From assembly GCA_964016885.1 (NCBI GenBank), contig OZ024742.1, positions 218,922,001-218,986,000 of the forward strand: DNA of 64,000 nucleotides. Direction: 5' to 3'. Below are positions 1 through 12,086 of this stretch, in pieces. The notes beneath the pieces are model-generated. The model was not told the DNA's origin. It did not search any database and saw nothing but the letters and a program-made list of their open reading frames with translations. The DNA comes from Eledone cirrhosa (taxonomy: Eukaryota). A program made the translations under genes and the position numbers. Positions within the stretch are counted from its first letter, which is position 1, and the number at the start of each line of letters is the position of its first letter.

Positions 1-1190
1 AAATCAAACTTAACATAAATTATACAATGTGTATGAAATGAACAACTAACTCTAGAATAGATGAAGACATGATCAAACACCACATAAAACAGAACATAAA
101 ATGTATTATACCAAACAATATACGAATACTTTTAACATACTAAACAAATCAATAAAATAATAAGTCTTATCAATAGCAAACTACAAGCTTCTTAGCCAAT
201 GAACAAGCTGCTACACTTGGAGAAAACCACCGCATTTACAAGTTCTTGGGCTCATACCCAACACTTTATTAACTGCAACTATCATCTGTACTATGACGGA
301 TGCTTCCGTGTTTTGAAAAACACTCAAGAAGTCCCTAATTCTAAACTGCTGTTGAACTTTTTGTTCCTTTGCCAACAGAGTATCTCATCCGTTCATTCAC
401 CTCTTAACTAGGATTGTTCTGAGAGTAGTAATCGTGTAGAGAATGCCACCACATACGCTAGCTAAGAGTTGAAACATCTGTACATCATTTGATTATAGTA
501 ACATACGTATGCACGACATATATATCACTCTCTGAATATCCATGGTTTAATATCTTGAGGCAAACAAGAGCAATGTGACCGGAAACTATTTCAATCACAG
601 GTTTTGTATCAAAAAGTCTTCTATACCTTCCCAATAAAAGGATTTCCACAAGTGTGTAAGGGTTTAATTTTGGAGTTTCCTTTTCCACATTGTCTTACTG
701 CACGTCCACATACAAAACTCGCCGTTTTTACGCATACATACACACGTAGAATGAAAGATGAACACACTGATAAACATACACACATGATCACATTCGTGGC
801 AATAACCATTTAGTTAGGGCAGTGAGGACAACAAGTGACGGATAGATAGATAGATTCAGTGATAGACAGATAGACACACTAGCAGATAAATAAATAGATT
901 AAAAATAGATAGATTAAAAGATAGATATATAGATAGATAAATAGATAGCTCGATAAATAGATATATGGATCGATAGATAGATAGAGAGATGAATGGATGG
1001 CTATCGGTGAGACCGCGAAAGCAATAGGCAGAAGCTTTTCCCGGGACCGTAAAATTTCAACATTGTTAACTACACGAACATACATATATAAACATACACA
1101 TAGACACACGCGCGCATACATGCATATACACGTACACAAATATAATTTCATAATTATATTAACCTGTCTTAACATTTCTTCGTATATATA

Positions 1191-1589
1191 TATATTAATA
1201 AGAGGAATTCCAACTTTGTCTGATTTACTCGTTTTATTTATTTTCAATCCTTTAAAATATATAATGGTATAATAATGAAATAGTATGATAGAATATTAAA
1301 TTCTAAGTGTTAATTGAACAAGTACTTTCATGCTTTCGCAATCTTCAGGTTCATAATATGTGGTGACAGTCAAGTTTGCAATTTTCAACTGTTGAAAATT
1401 GCAAACTTGACTGTCACCACATATTATGAACCTGAAGATTGCGAAAGCATGAAAGTACTTGTTCAATTAACACTTAGAATTTAATATTCTATCATACTAT
1501 TTCATTATTATACCATTATATATTTTAAAGGATTGAAAATAAATAAAACGAGTAAATCAGACAAAGTTGGAATTCCTCTTATTAATATA
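1191..1589. repeat. Perfect ~399-bp fold-back palindrome (centre 1390) built from the 3' terminus of the Penelope-like element at 11052-15170
   Basis: 1191-1389 is the reverse complement of 1391-1589 (centre ...ATTTTCAAC T GTTGAAAAT...). The arm closely matches 11052-11244, and the left end abuts a TA run. Confidence 0.93.
1427..1465 (+). ncRNA. Minimal type-I hammerhead ribozyme (mirror copy on - strand at 1315-1353)
   Basis: TGAAC CTGAAGA t-TGC-gaaa-GCA-t GAAA GTAC TT GTTCA: stem I TGAAC/GTTCA, CUGANGA core, stem II, GAAA, palindromic stem III, UH site. Confidence 0.8.
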
Positions 1590-1825
1590 ATCTTCTATAC
1601 ACAATCATACACACCCGTGTATATTTACCTATCTCTATATATATATATACATATATAATATACACACACATACACACACACAAACATATATATATATATA
1701 TTGAAAACAGAAAAAATGAACATCGTGTTGCACAGGGATCAGTACATGTGAAGACACTGCCCTACTTTGCTGACATAAGCACAAGAGTTCAAATTACTGC
1801 TATATATATATATATATATATATAT

Positions 1826-2548
1826 CTAGGACAGGTAAAATTCCCGAGATCCATGGACGAGTTCTCTCCAGCGGTCTCTGTCCCTCATTATCGCTGCCAT
1901 GTCCTGCGTCTCCAACAGACCAGTGTCTGTCCTTAGGGCAACAACATACGTTAACCTTGGTCTTCTTCTTCCAGTGTGTCCATGTAGGGGCTCCCACAGG
2001 AGCACAGAGTACAATGTCAACTCTGGATGTCGGTGAGCATGTCCAGCTAACCAGTCTCCTCTGTGTCACTTTTGAGCTGACCTTTGGGAGGCTCCCACAC
2101 AGCTCTGAGTTTTTCATCCTCAGTGTATACTGATTAATGTTCAGAGCCATCCTCAGCATTCTTGTGTAGCACCCATCCACCATCTGAGTGAGTTTCTTGG
2201 TCAGTGTCCAAGTCTCAGACCCGTACAGCAGCACAGACTACACTACAGCAATGAAGAAGCGGATTTTCAGGTCTTTACGAAGGTCCGACTTCCACACAGA
2301 TATCAAGCCGCCGCCCAGGCTTTGCTCTTCCTCTCAACCACATCATCTTCCGTATTCCCAATCTTTGCTCCCAAATACAGGAAGTCCTCAACCAATTCTA
2401 GCGGCTTACCGCCTACATTAGTGATCCCATCTGGCTTCTCAACATTCTCTACCAGATATTTTGTTTTAATCTCATTCATTCTCAGCCCCACACTCATCGA
2501 CACAGTCTCAACCTCCTGCATCAAATCCTCTGCCCCCTTCACTGTATT
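1826..2548 (-). pseudogene. RTE-clade LINE fragment (RT C-terminus/thumb to 3' end), frameshifted
   Basis: Overlapping ORFs with GLRMNEIKTKY, EDFLYLG, LLYGSETWTLTK and GRRRPRLTY...MRDRDRWRELV. Confidence 0.88.
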
Positions 2549-2555
2549 TGTCACG

Positions 2556-2667
2556 AAATATAATTGAATATACAAGAGAGATAAACACAATATAAACATA
2601 CATGTGTTCGAATTGTAAGGGACCAAGTTATATTTGTGTTTATCTCTCTTGTATATTCAATTATATT
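2556..2667. repeat. Short inverted repeat (~34-bp arms) at the RTE truncation point
   Basis: AATATAATTGAATATACAAGAGAGATAAACACAA and its reverse complement about 40 bp downstream. Confidence 0.8.
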
Positions 2668-2760
2668 ACACGGCTCAGAAAAAACTTCTTTCTTTGAGCT
2701 ATTTAATTCTAAGAGACTATTTCGAGTTTCTAACTCAATATTTGATAATCCATAACTATA

Positions 2761-2870
<110 letters not shown>

Positions 2871-3295
2871 TAGATAGATAGATATAGTTATGGATTACAC
2901 ACGTACACAATCGAAAATCGGAAGCTCTGCTACCAGTTCGCACGTTCTCACTTGCATATACGCCCATAATGGTATCTAAAATGTAAAATTAAAACACATT
3001 TTTAAGGCCATTCGGTATAACACATACATAAAAACGGATGGAAGGGAGGAAATGTCCCTTTGTGTTTGGTAGTGTGTGATTTACATGTTGAGTAGACAGA
3101 CAATTACTGAGAACCGAATAATAAAGGGGTTAGATGTGTAGAAATGGTGAGGCACGTGTTGGTCCGAATATTAGTATGTTGGCATTTGAGAAAGATTTTA
3201 AGAATTGAGAAAAAATAAGTTGCATGCATACGTACATACTTATATACATACATATATATATACATACATATATATATATATATATATACGTACAT

Positions 3296-3383
3296 GCATT
3301 TGACTGCAGAACATAAAGGGTTTTAACTAAATGCTGCAAAGCATTTTGTCCCATGCTCTAACGATTCTGCCAATCCACAGCCC
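3296..3383 (-). mobile_element. Diverged 5' fragment of the tRNA-derived SINE
   Basis: Reverse complement reads GGGCTGTGGATTGGCAGAATCGTTAGAGCATGGGAC..., similar to the SINE head at 44238. Confidence 0.6.
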
Positions 3384-4206
3384 TGCCGGGACGGGGAATT
3401 AAAAGTCAAAAAAGTTACAACACTTTAAAGATTTGATTTTAATGTGATTTTATCGAATCAGATTTATCTAAGCTTTACGCCCGGGAGAAGTCAACAACAC
3501 AGTAGCAACAACAACCTTACCCTAAATACGATAAATGATGTCAACTACAATAAACTCAATAAGAGCCTCTTAGATGTCGCCAGAAATAATCAGTCAGGAA
3601 CACAAAGCGATGACAACAGCAACAATAACAACAACAACCACTACGATATCAACAACATTAGCACGAGTCGCAGTAACAAAAAAAAAAAAAAAGCTTATTG
3701 AAGCTCTCGTAAATTGGTAAAATATGATAGATCCTCCGACGGTTTTAATGATGAGCATTCAGTTGTTCGCTCAAGTAATTACCTGCTTGTAAAATGAATC
3801 ATTTCATAAATACATATACCAATCAAGAAATTCTATGATATTATTTGTTCCAAGGCAAGAACTGCCAATCTGAGAGAGTAAAGACATTTTAAGGTCTTCA
3901 TAAAAGTTACCAAGATTGGAGAATACCGTGCAGTAGATATAGAGAGGGGGAGAATTCGGTGGTTGTAGCTATACAGAGGGGGATTGAGAGAGATAAGTGT
4001 GTGTGGGGGGGGGGGGGTTAAAAATCTGCCAAATTAATAAACGAAGCGTGGGGACGATTATTCAAGACCTGAGAGTACGTGAATTATTGACGGACGTAAG
4101 AATGAAAACTCAATACCAAAGTAGAGTTTTAAATATTGATTTATTATGGCTAAGCCTTGTTATTCTGGAATCTCACCTGCGTACTCACCAGCAGACAAGA
4201 CTGGTG

Positions 4207-4269
4207 ATCCTGAGAATGCGCAGATGAAACTTTAGAGTAACAGAGTTCACCAATAGCCATAATAAATGA

Positions 4270-4309
<40 letters not shown>

Positions 4310-4368
4310 TCATTTATTATGGCTATTGGTGAACTCTGTTACTCTAAAGTTTCATCTGCGCATTCTCA

Positions 4369-4372
<4 letters not shown>
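4207..4372. repeat. Palindrome with ~65-bp unique arms centred on a (TA)n tract
   Basis: ATCCTGAGAATGCGC...AATGAATG-(TA)n-CATTCATT...GCGCATTCTCAGGAT. Confidence 0.9.
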
Positions 4373-4441
<69 letters not shown>

Positions 4442-4451
4442 CGGGGGTGGA

Positions 4452-4790
4452 GATGACGTGTGCAAGCAGGAACTGAAGGCGAGTGGTATTGCACCAGCAG
4501 GCCTTGAAGAGGTGGCAGCTGACCGCAGCAGCTGGCAACTTGCCATCAAGTCGGCCATTAAGACATCAGAGCAGAGGAGAGGGGAGTAGTGGGAAGAAAG
4601 TAGAGCACGCAGACGTCAGAGAGCGGAGTCAGCGCCCTTGGATGACATCGTCTTCACATGCAGCAACTGCAACAGGACCTGCCGTTCGAGGAGCGGGCTC
4701 TACAGCCACGACCGGCATTGCAGTTCCACTACAGACTGATTTCCATGGCGCAATTTCCATTGTCTCCCGAGACAGACGTATTGCAGAAGA
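4452..4790 (+). pseudogene. RTE-clade LINE 3' end with C-terminal C2H2-like finger
   Basis: DVCKQELKASGI...AADRSSWQLAI, a stop, then FTCSNCNRTCRSRSGLYSHDRHC and a short tail ending in GAAGAAG. Confidence 0.85.
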
Positions 4791-4911
4791 AGGAATAGGA
4801 GACGAATAAATTGGGTATAATACCAGTTTCTTACCAAATATGAAGAAGCTCGATATATTAACCCCTTATGAAAATGGCACAGAGCATAATCTTTTTAAAA
4901 TTATATATATA

Positions 4912-5155
4912 CAGTGGCGGTGGAACTGGGGGGGGGGGGGGGCATGCCTCCCTCCAATAATTATATTTTCTCCCCAAACTACCAAAACACATATCTATTT
5001 GGATACGCACTACAATTTATATACATTTTATGTTTATCACATATCGAAATTTTCTGACCATTTCAGAGTGCAAAGAGCTAAACTAATCACTACAACTAAG
5101 TTGTCCAAATTTGCCCCCACCTCACCCCAATTCAGAAATGCTTCCACCACCCCTG
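4912..5155. mobile_element. MITE-like non-autonomous DNA element
   Basis: Imperfect TIRs CAGTGGCGGTGGAA / TTCCACCACCCCTG (12/14), flanked by TA, non-coding. Confidence 0.55.
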
Positions 5156-6069
5156 TAAACGAATCATCAATAAGGTCTACGAATCATCAATAAGGTCTTC
5201 CATTATATAGAGGCTATGAAAATATTCAACAACAGAAACAATTAATTTATAGTTGCCTTTCTTCTTCCCACTTTCTCGTTTTTATCTCTTTCGCCTCTTA
5301 TATTTCTCTCTACGTCTTTTGTTTTTGTTTCTTAATTGTAAGGGTTACTAGAAATGTTTCTAAGTCTGGCATGGTTTACCAACTTTTCAATGGTGTTTAA
5401 ATTGATTAAATAAGTAAATGAATAAATATAATTTTTATATTATCTTGACCACCCGTGACCCGTTGGGTCAAGTTCGCTTCAAAATATTCTTTTTAAATCA
5501 TGTTCACTTATAAATACTTTTTAAATAATTAAAATATACACAGACATGTATATAATGTGAAATGAAACTGGAAGGCCCATATATATATATACGTGTGTGT
5601 ATGTATATATATAAATGTGTGTGTGTGTATACATATATATATATATATATATGTGTGTGTGTATATTTATATGTGGGTGTCTGTGATCTATATACACTGG
5701 TCATAGACACACACATATACACACACACACATATACACACACACTCACTCTCTCTCTCTTCCATTCTCCTTCTCTGTCTCCTTTCCCTCTCTCTCTATTT
5801 CTCTTTCAATCTACTCTCTCACAACCACTATCTCTTTCTCTCTACCCTTCTCTCTCTCTGTTTATGGAGGTACTCGGAAAAAACCCCATATCTCGGGAAC
5901 CCGTGCTCCGATTTACACGAACCTTGTTTTATTCCATTTATATCCCCATTTCAGGGGCAACTTCCTTTCAAAGTATTTTCCTATTATGCGCCCTTTTGGC
6001 TGTATTACATTACATTACAGACAAGCAATCAAGCAAGCAATCACAGAGTTTTAGTAGCATATAGATGAC

Positions 6070-6239
6070 ATGACTGGGCCTTTTCACGAGTGATAGAAAG
6101 CACGAGGCTGAATTAAACGCAAAGGTTGCAGAAGCTGGTGCAGTAATGTATCAGCTTCAGCAATTGGTCATCAGAAGCTAGGTGTAAAAGCCAAACTCGT
6201 TATCTTCAATCTGGTATTCGTGCCAACCCTTACCTACGG

Positions 6240-6271
<32 letters not shown>

Positions 6272-6329
6272 AAGAAGAAGAAGAAGAAGAAGAAGAAGAA
6301 GAAGAAGAAGAAGAAGAAGAAGAAGAAGA
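6070..6329 (+). pseudogene. Short RTE RT-thumb remnant followed by an (AAG)n tract
   Basis: Translates to FTSDRKHEAELNAKVAEAGAVM...LGVKAKLVIFNLVFVPTLTYG; (AAG)n at 6242-6329. Confidence 0.6.
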
Positions 6330-6986
6330 CTGTAAAAGTAAAATCTATTTTAAAGGCTTCCACAAAGTTTTCGCCCCCTCAGTTTTACATGTAAAACTTG
6401 AGATAGTTGTTATTGTTGTTGTGAAAGAGTTCCTCTAGCTACTGGCGACGTTGTTTGCATCGAGTATCGTAGATATTGTTGTTTTTCTTGCTGTTATCGC
6501 TAGAAAAATGTTGCTGTCGTCTAGAGCGTTATTGTTTTTGTTGTTGTTGACATTGGTTATTGTAGCTTGTTGCCTTGCGGCCACTGTTATTGTACCGCTG
6601 AAAGATCCGAGCTTTAGAGTAGTGATTCTCAAAGTGAATTTCGCAAAGGAATGTCTAGGGTTCCGAGACAAATGGTAGAGGAGTATATTGATATTACGAC
6701 CATATAACAGTATTAGATTTTAGGCTTCCTCCAAACCTTTCTGAACCAAAAATGGTTCCGCGTTTGAAAACGTTTGAGAAACCCTGCTATAGAGCATGGA
6801 TAAATCTGATTGACTAACATTACATTAAAAATTCAATCTTTAAATGTTTGTAACTTTTTATTATTATCCCCACCGCCACTCCAAATGGTTGTGATTCAAC
6901 TTGCAAAACTATATCCGTGTAGAAAGTTACAATAAAATCATAAAATATATGTCAAACGGAATGGATCCTCAATATATGAAAACCGC

Positions 6987-7030
<44 letters not shown>

Positions 7031-7115
7031 CTCTCTCTCTCCCCCTCTCTCTCTCTCTCTCTCTCTCGCTCTCTCTTCCTCTATCTCTCTCGCTCTCTCT
7101 CTCTATATATATATA

Positions 7116-7553
7116 TTAGAAAGTGAGGTTTTTTTACAAAATGAAAAAAAAAACGAGGTGTCCTAAAACAGATGCGTGTGTTTTTATTGGCAGCATGACC
7201 CTCCCAAAGTATAACAAAAAATATATATAAGGAAAAAAGATGAAATCGAAAATGCAACTGGAGTCTTTTTTTTTTTTAAATATATATTTATTTGGTTCCT
7301 TTACCGGTTTCGCAGTTCTTCTGCTTTTCAAAAGTAGAGTTGAGATGGAGGGTTTGTGGCGAAACCGGTAAAGGAACCAAATAAATATATATTTAAAAAA
7401 AAAAAGACTCCAGTTGCATTTTCGATTTCATCTTTTTTCCTTATATATATAGTTTGTTATACTTTGGGAGGGTCATGCTGCCAATAAAAACACACGCATC
7501 TGTTTTAACACGTTTTCAGATAAGAAATCTTGCAAAACAAATTAAAAAACGAA

Positions 7554-7555
<2 letters not shown>
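7116..7555. mobile_element. HHR-bearing fold-back element (arms 7164-7313 / 7359-7507), same family as 36994-37353
   Basis: ~150-bp inverted arms between TA tracts. The - strand at 7298-7335 reads TTGAAAA GCAG-aagaa-CTGC GAAA CCGG TA AAGG. Confidence 0.85.
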
Positions 7556-7642
<87 letters not shown>

Positions 7643-7707
7643 GGAGCGGGAGAAAGAGAGCATGCATGAGTAAGAAGACAGTGATAAATAAATAAATACA
7701 AACACAA

Positions 7708-7813
<106 letters not shown>

Positions 7814-7818
7814 GGGGG

Positions 7819-7883
<65 letters not shown>

Positions 7884-7887
<4 letters not shown>

Positions 7888-8590
7888 TGTTAGTACAGCA
7901 GCACCTGTTCTGGCTTCTGGTTATTCTGCCACCAGACACATTCCTAAGTACACCCCTCCTCAGCCTGACTGTTAACCACACCAGCTCAAGAGGAAGGAGG
8001 CCTCTTCATGGTCACCCGGTCTGCTAGAAATGCCAGCCATATTTCTTTCAAATTACACCCTGTCATCTTATTGAAGAGAAAAGAACATTGGTTAATGTTG
8101 TCCGAGACTCAGAATGTCCTTGATAAAAGACGCATGATCATAAGCGGACTGTCTTTGACTATGGGTCAGTTTAATCAGAACTAAGTAACAACATGAACAA
8201 TAACCCCGTGTCACTCAGCTTGCTAGAAAACCCCCAAAACACACGACAAGCCTAAGAAAAAAAGGAAGGACGCATTAGATAAATGTAGTACTAATATACT
8301 AAGAGGATGATTATGGAAGAAATGTATTTGATCATGGCTCAAACCTGAGGTTAAGCAACAACAGCTCCACATAATGCTACAAATGTGCCTCTATGTAGTC
8401 ATTTGTCCTATTAGAAACAGGAGTCTAAACACCGCACAAATCTCACTCGACAGCCTTAAAAAAGGGACATATCAGATTATGTGAGCCTGGATACATTATG
8501 CTTGAAGAAAATACATGATGGTCATAGCTGCAATGCTTTTTATCTTAGATCCAATGGATTAAGATTGACCTGAGGTTAAACAACAGCTAC
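7884..8590 (+). repeat. Degenerate ~190-200-bp tandem units, probably LINE-associated
   Basis: Recurrent CTAGAAA...ACAC...AAGGACACATT...GATGGTCAT...CCTGAGGTTAA(A/G)CAACA blocks, about three times. Confidence 0.5.
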
Positions 8591-8689
8591 AGCATATAAA
8601 CAGGCTTTAACGAAATCATTTTAGATATTTTTCCAAAGCTTTCTTCTAGATGGTAAACTCCCTCAAAAGTTAAATTAAGGCATATGGGG

Positions 8690-9400
8690 TGCCCTATTCA
8701 CCAAAGTGGAGACAACGTGGATGCTAAATATTCAGGCCCCCACTTTGAAGCCATGAAACGAGTTTTCACAGGAAAATTGATCAGGTTTTTATGAGAAAAT
8801 GATTTACTAAGTGACATTCAAAGCAGCTTCCGTCCAAGAAACAGCTGCCTCATACAACTTCTACAATGTTATGACTTGGTATTGAAACAGCTGCTCAACC
8901 ATTCAAACATGAGTGATATCTCATGACTCTCTGAAGGTTTTCCAGAAAGATAATCATGAAATATAATACACACATTGTGATCTTGGCATAGTTAGAAAAT
9001 CAATAGTGGTTATAAGTCTTTTTGAAGAGTAAAATTTAACCTTTTGCAGCCAACGGTACTTTGTTTAAAGAAATGTTTATACTTAATAAAGTCTCACAGG
9101 GAACTATCTTGGGACCATGGCTGTTTGTCGTATCTCACTGAGTTATGCCCTCAGTTATTCAGTTAGCTATTCTCACTGACATTACGAACGTATCGTAGGC
9201 CATTAAGAATCCCGATGATGTTATATGCATACAGCAAGACCTCAACGTAATATACAAGTGGGCTAAAGACAACAAAATGGTGGAGAATGTTCATTCCTCC
9301 GTTATCAGCTTTCAAATACACCACCACAATGAGAATACACAACACCAGAAAAGATAGCAATCCCAAAGCACGATCAGTTTGTAACCTGGAAATAAATCTT
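8690..9400 (+). pseudogene. Highly decayed CR1/L2-like RT
   Basis: Remnants SFRPRNSCLIQLLQCYD, SQGTILGPWLF and QQDLNVIYKWAKDN, with many stops and frameshifts. Confidence 0.7.
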
Positions 9401-10087
9401 AACTATAATAAAGCAAGGAGTGCAGGACCGCATCCAGAATATTTTTTTTTTTATCCTGTTTGTAAAATAAGTAGGATTACTTTGAATAAATAATGAATGA
9501 ATATTGCATAATTTATCTGCTAAATTTCGTAGCTTTTGATTAAATATATTTTATTGCTTATTTCAAGATTCACTTCTTTAAAATTTTCAAATGTCAACAC
9601 TTCTGGTTAGCGGTCGCTTAAATAAACATTCATATATTTCCGTCATTAATTTTCTCCTAATGAATATATAATATCGTCTTTTTTTTAATGTATCATGGAT
9701 TACGCTACTGATTACATAAGACAGTGTAATGCAGACTTCGTTCAATTTCTGTGTATATTGTCAATTACGATTTTATTTGATGTATCATATCTACATGTAT
9801 ATATACTTGCGTATAATATCAATATTCACACTACACATGGTAGGAGAAAACCACCCGAAAGGTGGTTTTTTTGCTAGTATAATTAATGATGCATCATTCA
9901 ATGTGTATATTATTAAGATGGTAATCAATCTGAACGAAAGAAAAATATTGCCATCTAGACAACTGAGATAACTGTGACATGATCACAGCTTAAAACACAT
10001 ATAGTGAGACTTATATATATGATTACTTTACTTAAACATATGGTATATGCTTTCATATACACCCCACTATCATACACACACACACAT

Positions 10088-10236
<149 letters not shown>

Positions 10237-10246
10237 CATATATATA

Positions 10247-10756
10247 GTTCTAAGCACGTGACTTGAATTCGTATCGGAATTCAACTGACCTGCGCATGTA
10301 TTGTTTTTGGCGGCAGTCTCCTTCCTCCTATTTTCGAGACAGTGTGAGATTTTCTTTAGAACTGCTGGACTAACAACCTACCAGCTCCCTCAAGCACTGA
10401 TGGTGATTATCGCTAAATATTAATGTTGATTTGTTTATCAATATTAATATTATTGGGCACCCACTGAAGATCTATAAGAGCCCACTTGAATAAGTATCTG
10501 TTGATCTTATACAAGCTTCTTATACATAATTTGGTATAATTTCACCCTACTTGTAGAAATCTTATAATGAAACGAGTCGTCTGGGAAGTGATATATTTGA
10601 TATATCTCATATGAAATGATACAGCCAATTCTCCACACAATACAAAATAGTTAGCACCCCGAACGTTTAATTAGGAATATACTCAGATATTTCCTAATGT
10701 TTGTTGAGTGAGTTGGAATTTGGCCGGAGTATCGCTATTAGCTTTCTCCGTTTATG

Positions 10757-10760
<4 letters not shown>
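10247..10760 (+). mobile_element. Non-coding TA-embedded repeat family carrying an HHR with a long stem-II insertion (other copies 17917-18345 on -, 33568-33897 partial, 33930-34532)
   Basis: Shared blocks TAGTTAGCACCCC and CCTAATGTTTGTTGAGTGAG. HHR at 10460-10585: CCCA CTGAAGA...GAAA CGAGTCG TC TGGG. Confidence 0.8.
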
Positions 10761-10794
<34 letters not shown>

Positions 10795-10798
<4 letters not shown>

Positions 10799-10998
10799 AA
10801 CCTGTAAGACCCCGACGGCTGAGCTCAAGCCGTTTCGACGGCTAGGCCATACAGGTTGCTGAGTCCAGAATTAGCCGTCGAAACGGCTTGAGCTCAGCCG
10901 TCGGGGTCTTACTGGTTCCTATTACCCACTCTACTACCCCAAGTATTGAGTACTTTGGTGCGTTATGGTCCACCTGGTTCCTTACCACATTTCCTTCG

Positions 10999-11001
<3 letters not shown>
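10795..11001. mobile_element. ~200-bp asymmetric fold-back element (other copies 27724-27917, 49958-50152; fragments near 18720 and 21043)
   Basis: GACCCCGACGGCTGAGCTCAAGCCGTTTCGACGGCTA and its reverse complement, plus a shared unique tail; all copies are embedded in (TA)n. Confidence 0.88.
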
Positions 11002-11054
<53 letters not shown>

Positions 11055-11168
11055 TAATAAAAGGAATTCCAACTTTGTCTGATTTACTCGTTTTATTTAC
11101 AATCCTTTAAAATTATAATGATATTATAATGAAATAGTATGGTAGAATATTAAATGTTAAGTGTTAAT

Positions 11169-11207
11169 TGAACAAGTACTTTCATGCTTTTGCAATCTTC
11201 AGGTTCA
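11169..11207 (-). ncRNA. Minimal hammerhead ribozyme in the PLE 3' region
   Basis: TGAAC CTGAAGA tTGCaaaaGCAt GAAA GTAC TT GTTCA. Confidence 0.8.
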
Positions 11208-11606
11208 TATTCAGTGGTGACAGTTAAGATTGAAATTTTCAACTGCAATGAGGAGATGGGTAAATTCTGTGCCTTATATACAGTAAAAAGGGGTTAAGTT
11301 TTGCAAACTGTATTTCGACCAATCGGAGTGTGGTTTCACTAGATTACTAAAGCTGATTGGGTTAGGCGTCACGGTTGGTTGAGCATGTCTAACGACTTCT
11401 ATTTGACCCTATCCAAAGCATCAATTGTTTTACCATTTTTAGAAATGATGAAAATAGCATTTTCTAAGGTTTTTATTAAAAAAATCTTCAGTAATTATCA
11501 CCATCAACATCATTTTTATTATTATTATTGTTGTTGTTGCTGTTAGTGGTGGTAGTCGACTTGGTCGTAGGCGTAGTCATAGTAGGAGTAATACCCCTAA
11601 GCATTA

Positions 11607-12086
11607 TTACTGTTCATTTAGCTTGGGTTGGAATTTATCAATAAAATTCTTTTCTTTAATGTTTCTCTTGATTTCACTTGGGCTGTGTAATTTGTAGAAT
11701 GGAAATATTATAAATATTTTCTGACCACATGTTGCTAGATGGTTACTCAGGGGTATCTGACGGACATTTGGGTCTCTGATTTGCTGTCGGTGCACCCGTG
11801 CACGTTCCGATAGTGCATTTCCAGTTTGACCGACATATAGTTCTTCACAATTCGGGCATTTAATGCAGTAAATTAGATTTCTGCTTTTGCTTTTCATATT
11901 TGCATTTGGGAATATTTTTCCCGTTTTTGTGTTCATATATTGACCAGTGTGTATGGATTGACATGTGCCACATCGACTATCATTGCATTTAGATACAGTG
12001 AATGATTGGTCTTTGTTGTTTAGGTCAAACTTTGCCTTTGTTAGTAATTGCTTCAAATTTTTCGGCTGTCTTTTACTAAGAGTCAA
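11607..12086 (-). pseudogene. PLE GIY-YIG endonuclease with CxxxxCxxC linker
   Basis: KCNDSRCGTC...LIYCIKCPNCEELYVGQTGNALSERARVHRQQI...KEKNFIDKFQPKLN. Confidence 0.9.

Noticed and set aside
199-813. Short ORFs with Cys motifs as a gene or PLE remnant
   Set aside because: No recognisable domain could be supported by eye.
9847-9872. Rho-independent terminator-like hairpin AAAACCACC-CGAAA-GGTGGTTTT (also a hairpin at 63470-63497)
   Set aside because: Eukaryotic repeat context with no associated bacterial-type gene; isolated short hairpins are expected within transposons.
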